Notes: a model not told the origin generated them from the letters alone. Positions 48,590 through 62,445 are shown, counted from the first letter of the whole stretch. The stretch: 63,925 nucleotides of DNA, filler included, from Sluysia triapertura (GCA_046118255.1; 5 parts of 5 records of this genome joined end to end with filler, not necessarily neighbours in it); one strand, 5' to 3'. Translations and numbers: made by a program.

Positions 48590-51480
48590 AACTTTCTACG
48601 TTGCCGTGAATAAAATCTAATTTTTGTGTTAAATGGCATAGTTAAGTTCTCTAACGAATGAATTTGTTTTTCTATTTCAACAATTTCTGTATAAAAAGAT
48701 TTAATTTTTTGTTGACTTTCTGATACACAAGCTGAAAAGGCTTTTCAATCGTCAGTTGACTTGTTAGTTGGCTCTTCTGTTTTATTACTTGATTTCAAAA
48801 GTTTTTCTAATTGTTCTTCCTCTTTTTTTATGTTTTCGTTCTTTTTTAGATTCTCCTATTAAAACGTATATTATTGCTTACTTTGGATTTCAAAATGAGA
48901 TATAAAGGGAAATTTTGTTTAGTGTACAAAAGTGTTTCAAATAATCATTATTTTCTTTTTGTACGATAGGTGGTAGCGAGTTATGAGAAAAAGAGTTATG
49001 GTAGAGAATTAAAAGAAATTAAAATTGTTTTTAAAGAAATTTCATTGTTGCTTAAACTTTAGATTTTAAATTATTAAGGTTTAATATATTAAGTTATTTA
49101 GCTGTTACGTGGTTGTGTAGTTGTTTGGTGTTTTATGTAGTGAAAATTTTGAATGAATGAATAGGGTGACAACAATTAAATCGCCGTGATATTTTTCGAA
49201 ATCGCAGCTCGTACGTGAAGACTTATAACTTATAACAAATTCTTTAGCGAAAAGCATCGCAATCAATTGGTCGACAATATTCATCATCTGTTTGAATTTA
49301 ACTTTGCTTACATATGCAACGTATGTCTTCAGATTATGATTGCAACATCTCAAAAAATTCAATTTATCAAATATTCAGCTGCCTTAAAAAATGAGGAATT
49401 TTTGATAAAATGTCTTTAATGATAAATGCATTATAATAATTAATTAAGAACAAAATTCGAAAGCGGGACTTAAGGTCCATTTTTATTATTTGAAATTTTA
49501 CATGAAAAGTTGGCTTAAGGCCTGAAATGAATTCCCATGTATAAATAAATAACAAAATAAAGATCCGTTACATTTATTGCCTTAAAAATTAAAAATTTAA
49601 AAGAAACATCAACTATAACGACAATTACGAATTTATTTTTGTTATCGTTGTATAAAAGTATCAACACTGTATTTAAGTTATTAAGAATTTGAAATAAATT
49701 CAATACCCATGTGTAGATGATAAATCCTTTAACAAAGTTATGAACATATTCCTAGTTGGGATGAATTTTCTAAGTAATGAGGTCAAAATACTTTCACAGC
49801 TGCCAGGTAAGGCTTCCTCATTCATTATGCTTAAATCTTCCTGGAACCATAATTAAATATGCCATATCATCGATAGCATCAGCTAATTGATACTGCTGTT
49901 TAGTTTGTAATTGTGATGCTAGTTTATATACTAGTCGTCGGTGTAATTTTCTAGAATGTAATATGTTTTTTATTTTGGTAATATGTTTTCTTTTATAGAA
50001 ATTGACAATTTTAAGTGGTTTGTTTTAATAAATTTAATAATTTAAGAGGGTTGTGATGACAACCTTACAGGTGAAATAATTAAATCAACTTCAAAAGTAT
50101 ACCACAAACTACTTTCTACATTATCGGTAATTAACAAATAAACCCATTCAAATAAACCCACATAAATTATTGGTATCAATGTAGATTAATGGTGTTGTCC
50201 CGTCATAGTGAAATTAGTGTTGATAATTAATAATTAATTGATAACAAAAATCAAAAATAATTAATAACCAGCCGAAACAGGTTTATGTGTTTGGAAATAT
50301 ATCGCTATCAGCCAATAAGATTCAAAATTACTATATATCAAACAGTAACGATACAGTCTTACAAAATGACATTAAATTCGCAATTGTCATTTGACAGCAT
50401 GGTATATAGTGTCTGATATTTTTTGTTTTGCACAATGATAAGTGTTTATAATAAGCTTTATGTTTATAAACCCATGTAAACACCAGAGACACCATTTACA
50501 TAGAAGACGCATCTTTATTTCGAATATTTAATAATTTAACTAATTATGATAAATCAATATTAATTGCCATGTAATTAAGAGTTGATTTATAGAACAAAGC
50601 AACACTGTCATTCTGTTACAGTCAATACTTTCATTGACTGGATCAGTAGTTTAAAATATAACCAAAACATGTTTTGGTAATCAAGAATAACCAAAAATAT
50701 CCTTTTGGTATACTACATTTTGTCTAACGAATACGTTTGTTATAATTCTCAACAAATATTAATATATCACTAAGAACAAAGTAATCAGTTTCTGATTTTT
50801 TTATTATTTTATTATATTAATAGAGTAAATCTCTTCAAAAGCTGCATTTTGTACAAAAATGTTAAGTAAAAGAAATCAAAAAGATACAAATCTGAATCTA
50901 CTATTTAACAAATTAGTAAATCAAACTCGGAATTTCAGAACTACTAGTATGGCTAGTTAGTAAAATTGTTTTTTCCTCATTACTAAGTTTTTGCCCGTTG
51001 TAGCCATTTTTTGGAGACTTTAAAATACCATCACACCATTCTAATTTTTATTTATACTCAAACTCCTATTTCTAACCAGATGGAGCGATATTGATCCATT
51101 TTTTCAATAATCAAATTTAATTTTAATTATTTCAACCATCATAGGTATCAAAATGTGACCGACGATATTAATAAGAATATTCGATTGTTCACCCAAAATA
51201 ATGATTATTTTATTTTTCTGTCTGAGAGTACATAAAAGCCCTATGCTGATCAATGTGTTATTATAAAATCCTGATATAATTGTAGATCCGTCAATTAAAA
51301 CAAATACAAAGAATATGTACAATACCTTGCACAGAATTTTTATAATAATATAATTCATATATTTAGATTTTGACGTTATGTATTACTTGTAAAGTTTCAG
51401 AAGCTCGACCAAGATATTTTTGAACATGTTTTCTGTTTATCGGTAAGTGTACTGATTGTTTGCAACAGATTACCTAGCAT
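48590..51480 (-). pseudogene. Cluster of decayed orphan minus-strand ORF fragments
   Basis: ORFs 49105-49362, 49367-49555, 49515-49703 and 51104-51358, plus stop-broken frames between them; tgtgatgacaacctt at 50052 is identical to 18850. Confidence 0.3.
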
Positions 51481-51737
51481 TATTAGAATCCGAAATAAGA
51501 AAATAATTTAAAGCAAGGTTATTTTAATGGTAATCGAAAATTTATTTAATAATCACTAAAATTATATATTAATTAATAAAAATATTACTTGATTTTAATT
51601 AAATGAATATTTATATTTTTACTTAAATATAACTAATTTATAATTAAAAAATGAAATTTATTATGTACTTATTTTTAATAAAATTCAAATCAAATATTAT
51701 CATTTTGTAAAATACTATTTTAATAGAACAATGTTAA

Positions 51738-51765
51738 CACGTTGACTGCCATGTTATCCGTATCT
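51738..51765 (+). mobile_element. Isolated piggyBac-type left terminus
   Basis: ttaa-CACGTTGACTGCC; no partner TIR seen. Confidence 0.4.
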
Positions 51766-52631
51766 GTATGATGTTTATTTGAGCAGTTACAACGTAAGTT
51801 AGTAGGTGTGTGGAAAATATTTCATAAAACCATTGAAATGTTATAAAAGTAATGTAGAAAAATTATTAATCCGAATTGAAAATATTTTGACCATTAGGTT
51901 CTTTGGATGCAAAAAGGCATCCCATGTTGTTCAATCAAGAAATACCAAAAACTGAAAATTTCATTTAATATTTTTGTAAAAGTAAAAATCATCTTTATTT
52001 ATTTTTTGTATGAAACTAAATTAATACATTAATCAAAACAGCAAAGTTATTCATTTTTAAAATAATTTCATCTTAATCCTAATATATAATTTCTTCTTGC
52101 TTTTCTTTATCCAATGTAATTATTTAAGGTGAGGTTGCTAGGTTATCATCGATCATATATGATTTATAAGTAAAAATAAATAATTAAAATAATGTGAAAT
52201 AATAAAATGCAAAATAATGACTAAAAAAACTAAAATAAACGACTAAAATTGTTAGTGTTTATTTATATAATTACACAAACAATTGTAACAATGTATACCT
52301 CATCTGTAATTCACGATTTATTTCGTAAAGAAGACGCGATTACAGGATTTTTACTTGAAAGAATGCTTCTACGAAAGGTTTCTTTAATTCTTGCAAATAA
52401 TCAAAATATGATTTCTTTGACCTAATCTCAATTACTTAACTATTTAGTTTGGACTAGTTGATTCTACTATTATTTCCTAATTTATTTTTTAGTTTCTTTA
52501 TTATTAGCTTTCAATCTACTATTCGAAATAACAAAACAAATAATCAATGAAATTTTATTATAAAACTCTTGTTTTATAATACTAAACAAATATTTGTAAA
52601 TGTACAGAGATTATCGAGTTTACAAATCAAG

Positions 52632-52731
52632 NNNNNNNNNNNNNNNNNNNNNNNNNNNNNNNNNNNNNNNNNNNNTTAATTAATTAANNNNNNNNNNNNN
52701 NNNNNNNNNNNNNNNNNNNNNNNNNNNNNNN
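52632..52731. other. Artificial assembly spacer
   Basis: N44-TTAATTAATTAA-N44. Confidence 0.98.
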
Positions 52732-52744
52732 TTGCATGAACTCG

Positions 52745-53430
52745 GTCAAACCATACCTTCATCAAAAGGTCTTTTCAAAACAAATACATACACAGTTTCA
52801 AATTTAACGTAGCATTCCTCATTCAAAAGTTATTCATAAAAACATACTTTTTCTTAATTAGGTTAATTAGATTAATCTATTTTTAGACTTAATCTTATTT
52901 TATGTTTAAAGGTTTTATTGAGGTTCTATTTAGTAGTTTATAAGGCATTTAGGAGTCTCTAGATGTTTTCACCTTCAGTTCTTTGATTCAGTTTTCTACT
53001 TCTTCATTTTAATTATTACTATACTAGATTTATTCTTAAAACCAATAACAATGATTTTATTTCTCAAATATTATAAAGATTTTAAATACGTTATGAGATT
53101 ACTAAAGGATCTCAGATGCTTATCATTGTTCCAAGAATGCTTAAAGGTTACTAAAGTCTTAAATGATCGAAAGGTTCACTAGTTCAAAGGTACCTTAATG
53201 CTTCTAAAGGTTTTTCAAGTCCATCTCAAGCTTCCATAAGGTCTTTGGAACCTTAAAATATTCTTTAGCTGTTAACATCATTATAAATGTTTTCTTTTTC
53301 ATGATTCTTATTTCAACAATGTTTATATTTTATATATGATTTTATATTTCCATATATTTCTTACTCATCTCCTGATCTACAGTTGGGTAATCCCAACATT
53401 TTTATAATTTTAATCAGGTTTGATCTTAAA
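52745..53430 (+). repeat. Dispersed repeat family C, copy 3
   Basis: Collinear with 8190-8890. Confidence 0.9.
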
Positions 53431-53749
53431 CTTAAAAAATAACTTACTTACTTTTTAAGACGCTATACGAGCTATCTCTTAAGAATTTGATTAAGATATA
53501 ATTCACTCTGGAATTTCAGTCAAGATTTCAATCTGAATACTGAATTGGAGAAAGTTTTTTTAGTTGCATTTTACTTCCGAATTTTACTTCCATTTATATT
53601 TCCGTTATTATTATTAAATTTATCTTTATTTAATCTAGGGCGCAATTTCATAAACTTCACGTTATTGGGGTCAAGATCTACTTAAAAACAATAATAAACA
53701 CTTTCATAAATTAATAAAGGACAATAAAAATGAAATATATAAAACTCAC

Positions 53750-54311
53750 TAAACGTGACATCAATGATGTTACTTGCTACAAAAATAATTGAGCATATTC
53801 TGGTAACCTTTCGTTAAGCTGTTGATTGAGAAGTCAGCTTCTAAATGGGTATTTTTTCCATTTTTACTAAATTAAGTTTTTCCTTTCAATGATCCATGCA
53901 GATTCTTCAATGTTGAAGCAGCTAATCTCATAAGATGAAATTCCACTAATTTTAATTGTTTAACTGTATAACGTATAATATTCTTATTAATTTGTGACAA
54001 AAATATAATTTTTCATTGTATCATGTTTGCCCCAATGAAATGTTAGCTGTCAATTCGTATTTCATTGGTTTGTCAGGTAATGTTTCATTAATTTTACAAA
54101 TTTTTTTAAGTGAAGTAATAATAAATAAACAATTTATATATTTATTTATTATTGTTGGGGTAAAGACCTAAAGCGTCATGCATAAATATTGACTATAATA
54201 AAATAAAATTGTTGGACGGGGCTGATAGCTCATTGGGTAGAGCGCAAGCGAGAAGTACTCGGTTCGATCTCCGGTCAGTCCATTTTATGAAGTCTAACAT
54301 TATTATTATTA

Positions 54312-54354
<43 letters not shown>

Positions 54355-54787
54355 ATTGATACTATTAATACAATTAATATGGAATAAATAAAATTAAAAT
54401 CCAAAGAATTACAAAATAATGATTCCATATTCAGCACCTTGGTGAACTTGGCTCTTAAAGATTATACAGTCATAATTTAAAATCTAGTATTCAACCATGT
54501 CAAACAATAAGCTGCAAGAATTGAATTGTTAAAGACTAAGAATGATCTGTAGCATCACATTGTTTAATACAATGTTATTATTAAATGATTTGAAGGTGAA
54601 ATGGTTTAATTTATAACCTTATCAGTTGATGGAATGTTAAAGATGTAAAATACAGGATAATCAAAGGACTATTTGACAATCTAAGAATGTAATTCCGGTT
54701 AAAGGTTTATTGACTGTTTTATGAGTTCTAACATGGTCATGTAATGATGAGATGGTAAAATTAGTCGCTATGAATTGGGCCACCACA
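53750..54787 (-). mobile_element. Shortened cassette, copy 4
   Basis: Right end tgggccaccaca (54787); (TTA)n tract; perfect ccaatgaaat/atttcattgg inverted pair at 54032-54068. Left boundary undefined. Confidence 0.45.
54153..54299 (+). mobile_element. tRNA-bearing TG..CA mini-element, full copy (147 bp)
   Basis: TGTTGGGG...GTCTAACA; gggctgatagctcattgggtagagcg...ggttcgatctccggtcagtcca; 4-bp TSD ttat/ttat (within a microsatellite). Confidence 0.88.
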
Positions 54788-54798
54788 GATTGGATTCT

Positions 54799-54851
54799 TG
54801 TGAGAAGTTCTGGCTTCGAATCTCGATCAGTTCATTTTTGCAAGTCTAACA
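54799..54851 (+). mobile_element. tRNA-bearing mini-element, 3' half
   Basis: gagaagttctggcttcgaatctcgatcagttca...aagtctaaca. Confidence 0.7.
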
Positions 54852-54999
54852 TATTAAAATTTTATCTAAAATATCTATATTCCTGGCCATTCAATTTCTT
54901 CATTAATACTAAAATCTACAACATTTAATAAAGTGTTTTCAATGATTAAAATCATTTTTAAATGATTTAAAATATCTTAATAAGTTATGATTTACATAC

Positions 55000-55143
55000 T
55001 GTTAGACTTCAATAAATGACTGACCGGGATTCGAACCCGAACCCTCACAGCTCTGTCCACTAAGCAATCAGCCACATCTAACAATTTTATTTTATTATAC
55101 CTTCATAATTCTAAATGGCACCTTTTAGGTATGTACCTCAACA
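55000..55143 (-). mobile_element. tRNA-bearing TG..CA mini-element, full copy (144 bp)
   Basis: tgttagacttc...cctcaaca; perfect 4-bp TSD atac/atac; B box gggttcgaatccc on the minus strand. Confidence 0.88.
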
Positions 55144-57102
55144 ATACGTACATATATGAGACGTTTTTACACAACATTTTCCCAATGAATCAATGACTAA
55201 TTTACAATGATAAATAATAAGTACTAAAGTAATATTAACTTTTATTAACACATTGATTTTCAGTTATTTACAAAATTTTTAAATACTTAAAATACTTATT
55301 TTTATATTTCGTAGATTGTAAATGGAACCGTAATATAAAATTATTTGCTGCAGTTTGTTACCATTATATACATATATATTCCGGTTTTACTAATTAATCG
55401 GCTGTGTATGTTTCATGAAAAATTAATTCAAATCTACTAACATAAAATAATGATAAAGATTAATCGGGTTCGTACTCATGGATTTATTCAGAATTTTAAA
55501 GTTATAATAGAGTCACAATTTACTTTGGAGGTCTCTAGTAATATTATACATATTAATACAGCTAGATCCTATGTTCAGTAAATAATCACTAGAGCTAGTT
55601 TAATTTCTTTACTAATGGACTTTAATGATGATTTTAATCTCGTTTTAAAATATTTTAAGAAAACAATGATTTTATTCCTTTTTAAGCAGGGAGCAAAAAT
55701 TTTGATGAACACTTTAAATTTTAAATTATAATTTAAGTATTCCTAAAATTTATTTCTTTTTAAACTGGAACATTTTAATTTATAAGGGTTTAATCGATTG
55801 ATAAGATATCTTAATTACACTAGTTAATATTTATTTACAATCTTATGTATATAAAAATATATATTTTTATATACTGAAAATCTTTAAATATAGTAAAATA
55901 GATTTTAATAATTATCTTACGGCTATTTAAACTGCCGAGAAAAATTATGAATGAATTTAAGTCTATTTTATCACCATGTAAACAATGAAAACCTATTTAA
56001 ATATAACTAACGATAATAATCCATGATTATCTTCAAAAAAATTTATGATACTAATGAATTTCATTTCTCTTTCAAAAATTGTGTAATCGATTTTGTTGTC
56101 TATGTGGTATTGCTTTAGACTGGTAAAATCGATAATTTGTGCTTGCGTAAACGAATTTTTGGAGATTGTTAAAAGATTTTCAAGAGAGTACTATTATTGT
56201 CGAATTTTGTGATTCGGTTATGCTTTTTGATGTTAAACTATTTTATTTGATCAAATTTTTTTAAGCAATGAAATATTAATTTTTAATTTTGTCGATGTAG
56301 TGTTTCAATCACTCACTATAATCTCGTTGTCGCTTCTATACATAAATTCATACAAAGTCACATTTCAAGTCATATATAATTCACATATAAAACATTTTCT
56401 ACACATCACTGCTTCAGCATACTCAACACAAAAACCCTACAATAAAATATATTTAAGTTATTAACCGCTAAAATTACCAGTAATGGTACACAAAATTGTA
56501 TTATATAAAATAAGCGTCATACATTATTAATTCATTGCACTCAACAAAATTCATGAAATTTTATAGTAAAATCATCTAGATGAAATTATAATAACCAAAT
56601 ATGTTAATATCATGATCCCTATTATCAGTTATCGTTTCTTTTATTTTTTACATCTGTACCAACCTTTTAGGACAATTCCAAGTAATAAATTAATTGATCT
56701 CAATATTCGTAATTCGAGAATTAAAATATTACTAAATTATGTTTAGAAAATTTAGAGTTATCAAAGTTTCCAAATTAAGCAATAAACAAATCTTTTTATT
56801 AATAATTGTTTCTGTTAAAAATTATCTTTTTGTTAAAAAAATTGTATATTAATTAAAAATTATATATTAATTAAAAAGTGTATATTAATTAATTATAAAA
56901 TCATGCATTAATAAAGAATTACGCATTCTTTTTGTTTGAATGCGTGATTACTTCTTTATTGTACTATTTTTCTTATTATTTTTCTTTTACATTCTTTTTT
57001 TGTATTATTTTTATTGTAATTTATTCTTAATTTTATAAAATTTTAAGTGTTCAAAAACTTATCGAATTTAATTTAGTTTTTATTTTTTGTGTATTTTAAA
57101 AA

Positions 57103-57830
57103 TTGCCACGTACCGGGAAGTATTTCACAGATGATATATTTTTCACAATGAAATCTAATGAGACGTTAAGTTCAAATATTATAAGTTTCCTTATGCCAGT
57201 ATTAAATAAATTTAGAATAGATTATGACGTTGAGAGAGATGAAACTTTTCTCAGAATGAAATCTGTGAAGAATGCTAGAGGAATTCAAAATATTACTAGA
57301 GATACCAATAATTTTGAAAATTGTTCTCAATCAGATAAAAGAATGTTTTGGAAAATTGTTGATTATATTTGTTGTATGTTAAATAATGTAGTTAAGTGCA
57401 GCAAATTGCTTAATTCGCAAGATAAATTAAAACATTATAATGAACGTTCTCAAAGTGTATTACTTACTGAATTTCCTTGTTTCTTTTTTCGAAATTTTTC
57501 TTTTTTCAAAATTTTCAAATAAAGACTTATCGAGCAAAATGTGTAAAGTTCGTTGAATATTTAACCACACTAAGAACATTAATAACATCGTGTAACATTA
57601 AATTAATTAATAATAATAAAATTCCTAAGACTAGTGAAAATTTTAAATTTGAATTTAAGTGAATTAAAGACTAAAAGAGTATATTTTTATTATGTTTGCA
57701 AGAAAAGACAAGTGTTTTATGTAGTGATGGCAGTAAAAAACATAAAGAATGAGTGGGACATCCACTTACACTTTTATCGAAAATCGAAAAGGACACGAAA
57801 TGGTTCCAAATTGCAACAAAATGGAATAAA
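57103..57830 (+). pseudogene. Decayed orphan ORF immediately upstream of an SLC6 exon
   Basis: Overlapping ORFs of 139, 61 and 100 aa with shifts at T-runs; hairpin aattacgcattc/gaatgcgtgatt at ~56917-56949. Confidence 0.35.
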
Positions 57831-57907
57831 TAATTTCCTTTTTTATTTAGTATTAATATTGTTTGTCCTTCAAAACGAAATATATCCAATTATTTTTTGC
57901 TATTTAG

Positions 57908-58010
57908 AGTGGACCATACATTTTCCGGATTTTTGATTATTATTCTGCTAGTGGGATTGCACTTTTATTTTTGATATTTTGTGAATGTACCGCATTCTCG
58001 TGGTGTTATG
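57908..58010 (+). CDS. SLC6 sodium:neurotransmitter symporter (GABA/taurine/betaine subgroup-like), TM10 exon
   Basis: tttag|AGT...TAT G|gtttgt; [35 protein letters not shown] resembles GAT [26 protein letters not shown].YG; 103 nt. Confidence 0.95.
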
Positions 58011-59867
58011 GTTTGTAAATTTTTTTAATATTTCTTATAATACAAACGCTTTCTAAAATAACATTTATTAGTAATTCATTAGCAATTAAATATTCAATAC
58101 ATTTTACTCATTCTTATGATCAACCCCATCGATTGAGCTAAATAGGCTTCCTAAGGATTTAAAGTTTCTGATCAATTAAAGGTGCTATCTATTGGAGTTG
58201 TCGGAATATCGCAGCTTTCCGGTAAAAAGATATCAATATTTTCTAAAATGTTACAAAAATTTTATAAGTATATTAATTAATTAATTTAATTAGAATTGTT
58301 TGAAAATCATTTTTAATCAATAGCTTTTCTTATGATGTTTGCCTGAAAGCGGGTATAACGCATAATAAAACATAATCATGAAATGTATCAATGTTATGAA
58401 CATCAAGACAGTGTGAAACACGTCGACGTAGATAACGTAAAATCATTATTTTTAATTAATTTTCTTTATTATAAGGTTAAATTTCTACGTATTATAATGA
58501 GCATACATAATAAAAGTATGTATCAAATTAATGCTCATTAAGAGATCATTCTAAATATTTATTGATGTTAACGTGTTTGGTACTATTATAACTATGATCT
58601 TAAATTTTAATTTTATTGTGTCCAAAAGATAACAGTTTGCCATAAAACTTATTATCTTTGGATAATTGCTAGATAACATTAAGATGGAAATTTATTTTCA
58701 AATTTGATTAATAAAATTGTTCGGAATAAAACCGACTCTAAGAAGTAAGCATGTCTTGTCGACATGCACAATAATCAAGTCGAATTCTCCACTTCTAGCA
58801 ACTATCCAAACACTATCCAAAACCACTTTTTCCTATCATAAATCCAAAACAAAATAAAAGAAAATTATTATAACTTTTGCTGTAAGAAGATTGATTCAAT
58901 ACAATAGTGGCAAACACTGATTTAATCTTAAAATTCTTTAGAAATCGGACTAAATTTTATTAAAAGAGCCAACTTATTGGTGGTTAGTTGAGTCCTGAGC
59001 TTTTATTATTTATTTATTGTATTTTGGGTATTATAATTGAATTTTATTTTATTAACTGTCGTGATGTATTGTGATAATATATTGAGATTCAGACTCATTT
59101 AATTGTCTTTTAAAATTTAAAGAGTATTAAAAAGATAAAAACACAACATATCAGTCATTTTTTATTTATTTTATTTTATCATTACTTTTGATGTAAAGTG
59201 TATAATTTTATTTTTCTAATACATTTGTGATTAAAAATATTCACAATGAGCATAAGATATGGTATGTTTCAAGCATTTGTGACAATTAATGTTATTGTAG
59301 TTTAATTAAATGGACTTAAGAATTTACGTTAGTGCAGCCAATAGTTATTTTAGGGTTTTAGTGTTTCATTATTCTACATATTCTACACGCGTCATAGTAT
59401 TTTAACTTCATTATGTTAAATTAAAAAACTAAAATTAAGTATGGACACTAAGTTTGTCTGAAAATGTGAAAACATCGATCTTTAAGATCCCTTTAAGGTC
59501 CACAAAAAACAATAATTGCACTAAATGACTGGCATAAATTTGTATCTGTAAGATTTAATTATTTTAAAATAACTCTGTAAGTATCTTGAAATAAATAAAT
59601 CTGGAAATATTTAATTATTAAAATACATATATCCCTTAAGATAACCCTGCATGTAAAAAAGATGGATAAAGAAGCTTAATGCTTTAAGATAATATGCAAT
59701 TAATAAATTTTTGATTCTTAGGGCATACAAGTTTATTTTTTGTTATTATGGTAGGTTTTCTTAATATTGATTTAAACTGACTTAGCAAATATAAATCCTT
59801 ATTGTTTGGTTTTATATATTACGAATTTTATGTTACGAATTTTTAAATTTATAATAATAATTATTAT

Positions 59868-59870
<3 letters not shown>

Positions 59871-59952
<82 letters not shown>
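59871..59952. repeat. Perfect (TAA)n-(TTA)n palindrome, ~80 bp
   Basis: Direct reading; centre at 59910/59911. Confidence 0.95.
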
Positions 59953-61042
59953 GTTTCGCCATCTAAATTACAATCTCTGTATATGTATTTTAAAATGTGC
60001 CAAATAAATGAAAGTATAAAGTTACAAAACAAACAAAATACTAACTTATCAAATTTTATTAAAAAACTTTGGCTACTTAAGACTTCATTTTATGTTTTAT
60101 TGTCTAACAATGTTGCATCTAAGTTACCTTATAATCAACCTACACAGTCAATTTTTATATATTGAAGAAATATCATTTTTATGATTTATTTGGCATCTTG
60201 TAACTGTAACAAAAGCTAAAAATTATATTTTGATTGATTATAAAATAAATATTATATTTTCACTTCTATGATTTGTAACCGTGCATCCTTAATAAGCAAC
60301 ATTCTTCTATATTAAATTACGTATCGAATTTCGATAATTACTTTTGTCATAATTATTGTTGTATTAGAGTTAAGAGTAATATTAAATAACCCAGAAACTT
60401 TCGTGATCCGGTTGAAACGTGGTTTCCGATTTTACACAGCTGAACGATATTTCCATCATCAATCTTAGGTTTCACAAATAATATGAAAATGCATTATTTA
60501 CCAAATCTATTAAATCTATACATTACATTTGAAGTCTATAATAGAAATTGTAAATATGAAAAAGTGAAATTTTAAAACAAAATATTTTTTTCATATTATT
60601 GAACTAAATGTAACATTTTATTTTTCACTTGCATTAATTTATGATTGTATATATTGTAACCTAAAACAAAATAAAATTAAGCAGAATCCCGGTTACAGTA
60701 AACGTCTTAAGTCGTAAAGATGGTGCTCCTACAACTTTAATTAAGCAAATATGCCTTGTATTTATTCGTTAAATTTCGCTTGTGTATTAATTTTTAGAGG
60801 ATCTTGAAAAGTTTCATTTCTAATCAATCTAATCTCAGTTTTAACTAATTTGATTACTCAAAAATAAATACAAAAGACTTTATTAATACAATATATATGT
60901 ATTAAATCAGGAAAAAGATGACAAGCAAAGAAGGACATATAATTGAAATCTTTTTTAGATATTAAATTAATTTTTATGTAAAAACTTTCCCTTCATTTAT
61001 TTAGAATATATTTTACGAAGATTTTAGCTGATTTTATTATTT

Positions 61043-61680
61043 TTATTGCCTCAAGGAAAATAAAAACCACCTTACAAAATGGTCAATAAGCCCCTTGTCA
61101 GAGATCCAAATTGTGGAATTTGGGAAAATTCGATAACAATGTAAAATTGTACAGCCAACGATATTATTTGTACTAATGAACCAGCTAAAGAAACCTTTCT
61201 TCGAATCCAAAAAAGCAAGGTAACCAATATGGTAACCATTTATATAAACCAACAGCCACTCATAAACGAGTACAATTCTAGAATTTCTATTTTTAGTAAA
61301 TCTTCTTTGTTAGAAAATAAGATAAATTATTGTTGTAAGTTGTTTTTAAAAGTGGTTTTTGTAGTATTAAAGGGTTGTTGATGACAATCTAACTTGATTC
61401 TTGCAATTAGATTTTTAATAAGTGCTTCTTTTTTATCATTAAATGTGTTTCTGCACCTTAGTGACTCTCTATTGCTTATAATTCATTTAAAGTCAATCTT
61501 AATTTATTATTGCAACCTTGGTGTAACTTTGTTCCAAAGACACGGTGATAGCATTATATCACGCCTGCAGCGTACATCAAACCGATTTTCAAATTCAATT
61601 TTGTTACTAGGCACATTTCATACTTCCAAAATAATATTTTTTGTTTGAAAATGTCATCGAAATACATAACTAATGTTAAT
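61043..61680 (-). pseudogene. Decayed antisense orphan ORF nested in the SLC6 intron
   Basis: Long stop-interrupted minus frame (...NKIEFENRFDVRCRRDIMLSPCLWNK...IKLDCHQQPF...) continuing into the 69-aa ORF; local similarity to 50010-50066. Confidence 0.3.
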
Positions 61681-62030
61681 CTATTGAACTATTAATTTAG
61701 AACTAATTAATTAAAATACATCAATGAACATATCGGTGACATCAATGATTATTAGAAAGTCATCAGTTTAAATCTGACGGTTATTGAAAGTGAAAAGGTC
61801 ATTATTGAATATGACTATATTCTATATTTTCATATATTATATACCTTAATGGCATAGTTCAATATAAAAATCATCTATTTTATATAAAAATAATTACATC
61901 CTCGAATATTTTGTATTTGTATAATTTAAATTATAAATACACAATTGTTCAAGCTCACAAAAACTTTCATCACGATGAAACAAAGATTTGTATATTTAGA
62001 CACATTTTCAAACTTCAAATTTTTTTATAG

Positions 62031-62131
62031 GAATTGAAAATTTTATGAAAGATTGTCAACAAATGCTCGGATTTCGTTTACCAATTTGGTGGAAATTGTG
62101 TTGGTTAATATTTTGTCCCATAATATGTTTA
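62031..62131 (+). CDS. SLC6 transporter, TM11 exon
   Basis: tatag|GA...TTA|gttagt; GIENFMKDCQQMLGFRLPIWWKLCWLIFCPIICL; 101 nt; phase matches the previous exon. Confidence 0.95.
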
Positions 62132-62213
62132 GTTAGTTTCTAATTTTGATTTATAACATTATAATTTATATTACTGATAAATTTTAGTATTATATAATTA
62201 TTAAATATTACAG

Positions 62214-62402
62214 AGTGTACTACTGTTTTCTTTAATTAAATATCGTACTGTGACATATAATACTTATGAATTTCCAATATGGGCACATTTGATAGGTGTT
62301 GCTATAGCATTATCAAGTGTACTTATGATACCTGCTTACTTTTCTTATTATGTTATACAACAATGGTATTGTGGTGATTACAAACGCAAAAGTTATAAAA
62401 CG
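62214..62402 (+). CDS. SLC6 transporter, TM12 exon
   Basis: tacag|AGT...ACG|gttatt; SVLLFSLIKYRTVTYNTYEFPIWAHLIGVAIALSSVLMIPAY... Confidence 0.95.
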
Positions 62403-62445
62403 GTTATTACTTAATATATTTAAGTACAATTTTATATTAATCTAG

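Noticed and set aside
54219-54282. Functional tRNA genes at the six tRNA-like loci
   Set aside because: Anticodon arms are deleted or divergent in every copy, and all sit within the same repeat flanks.
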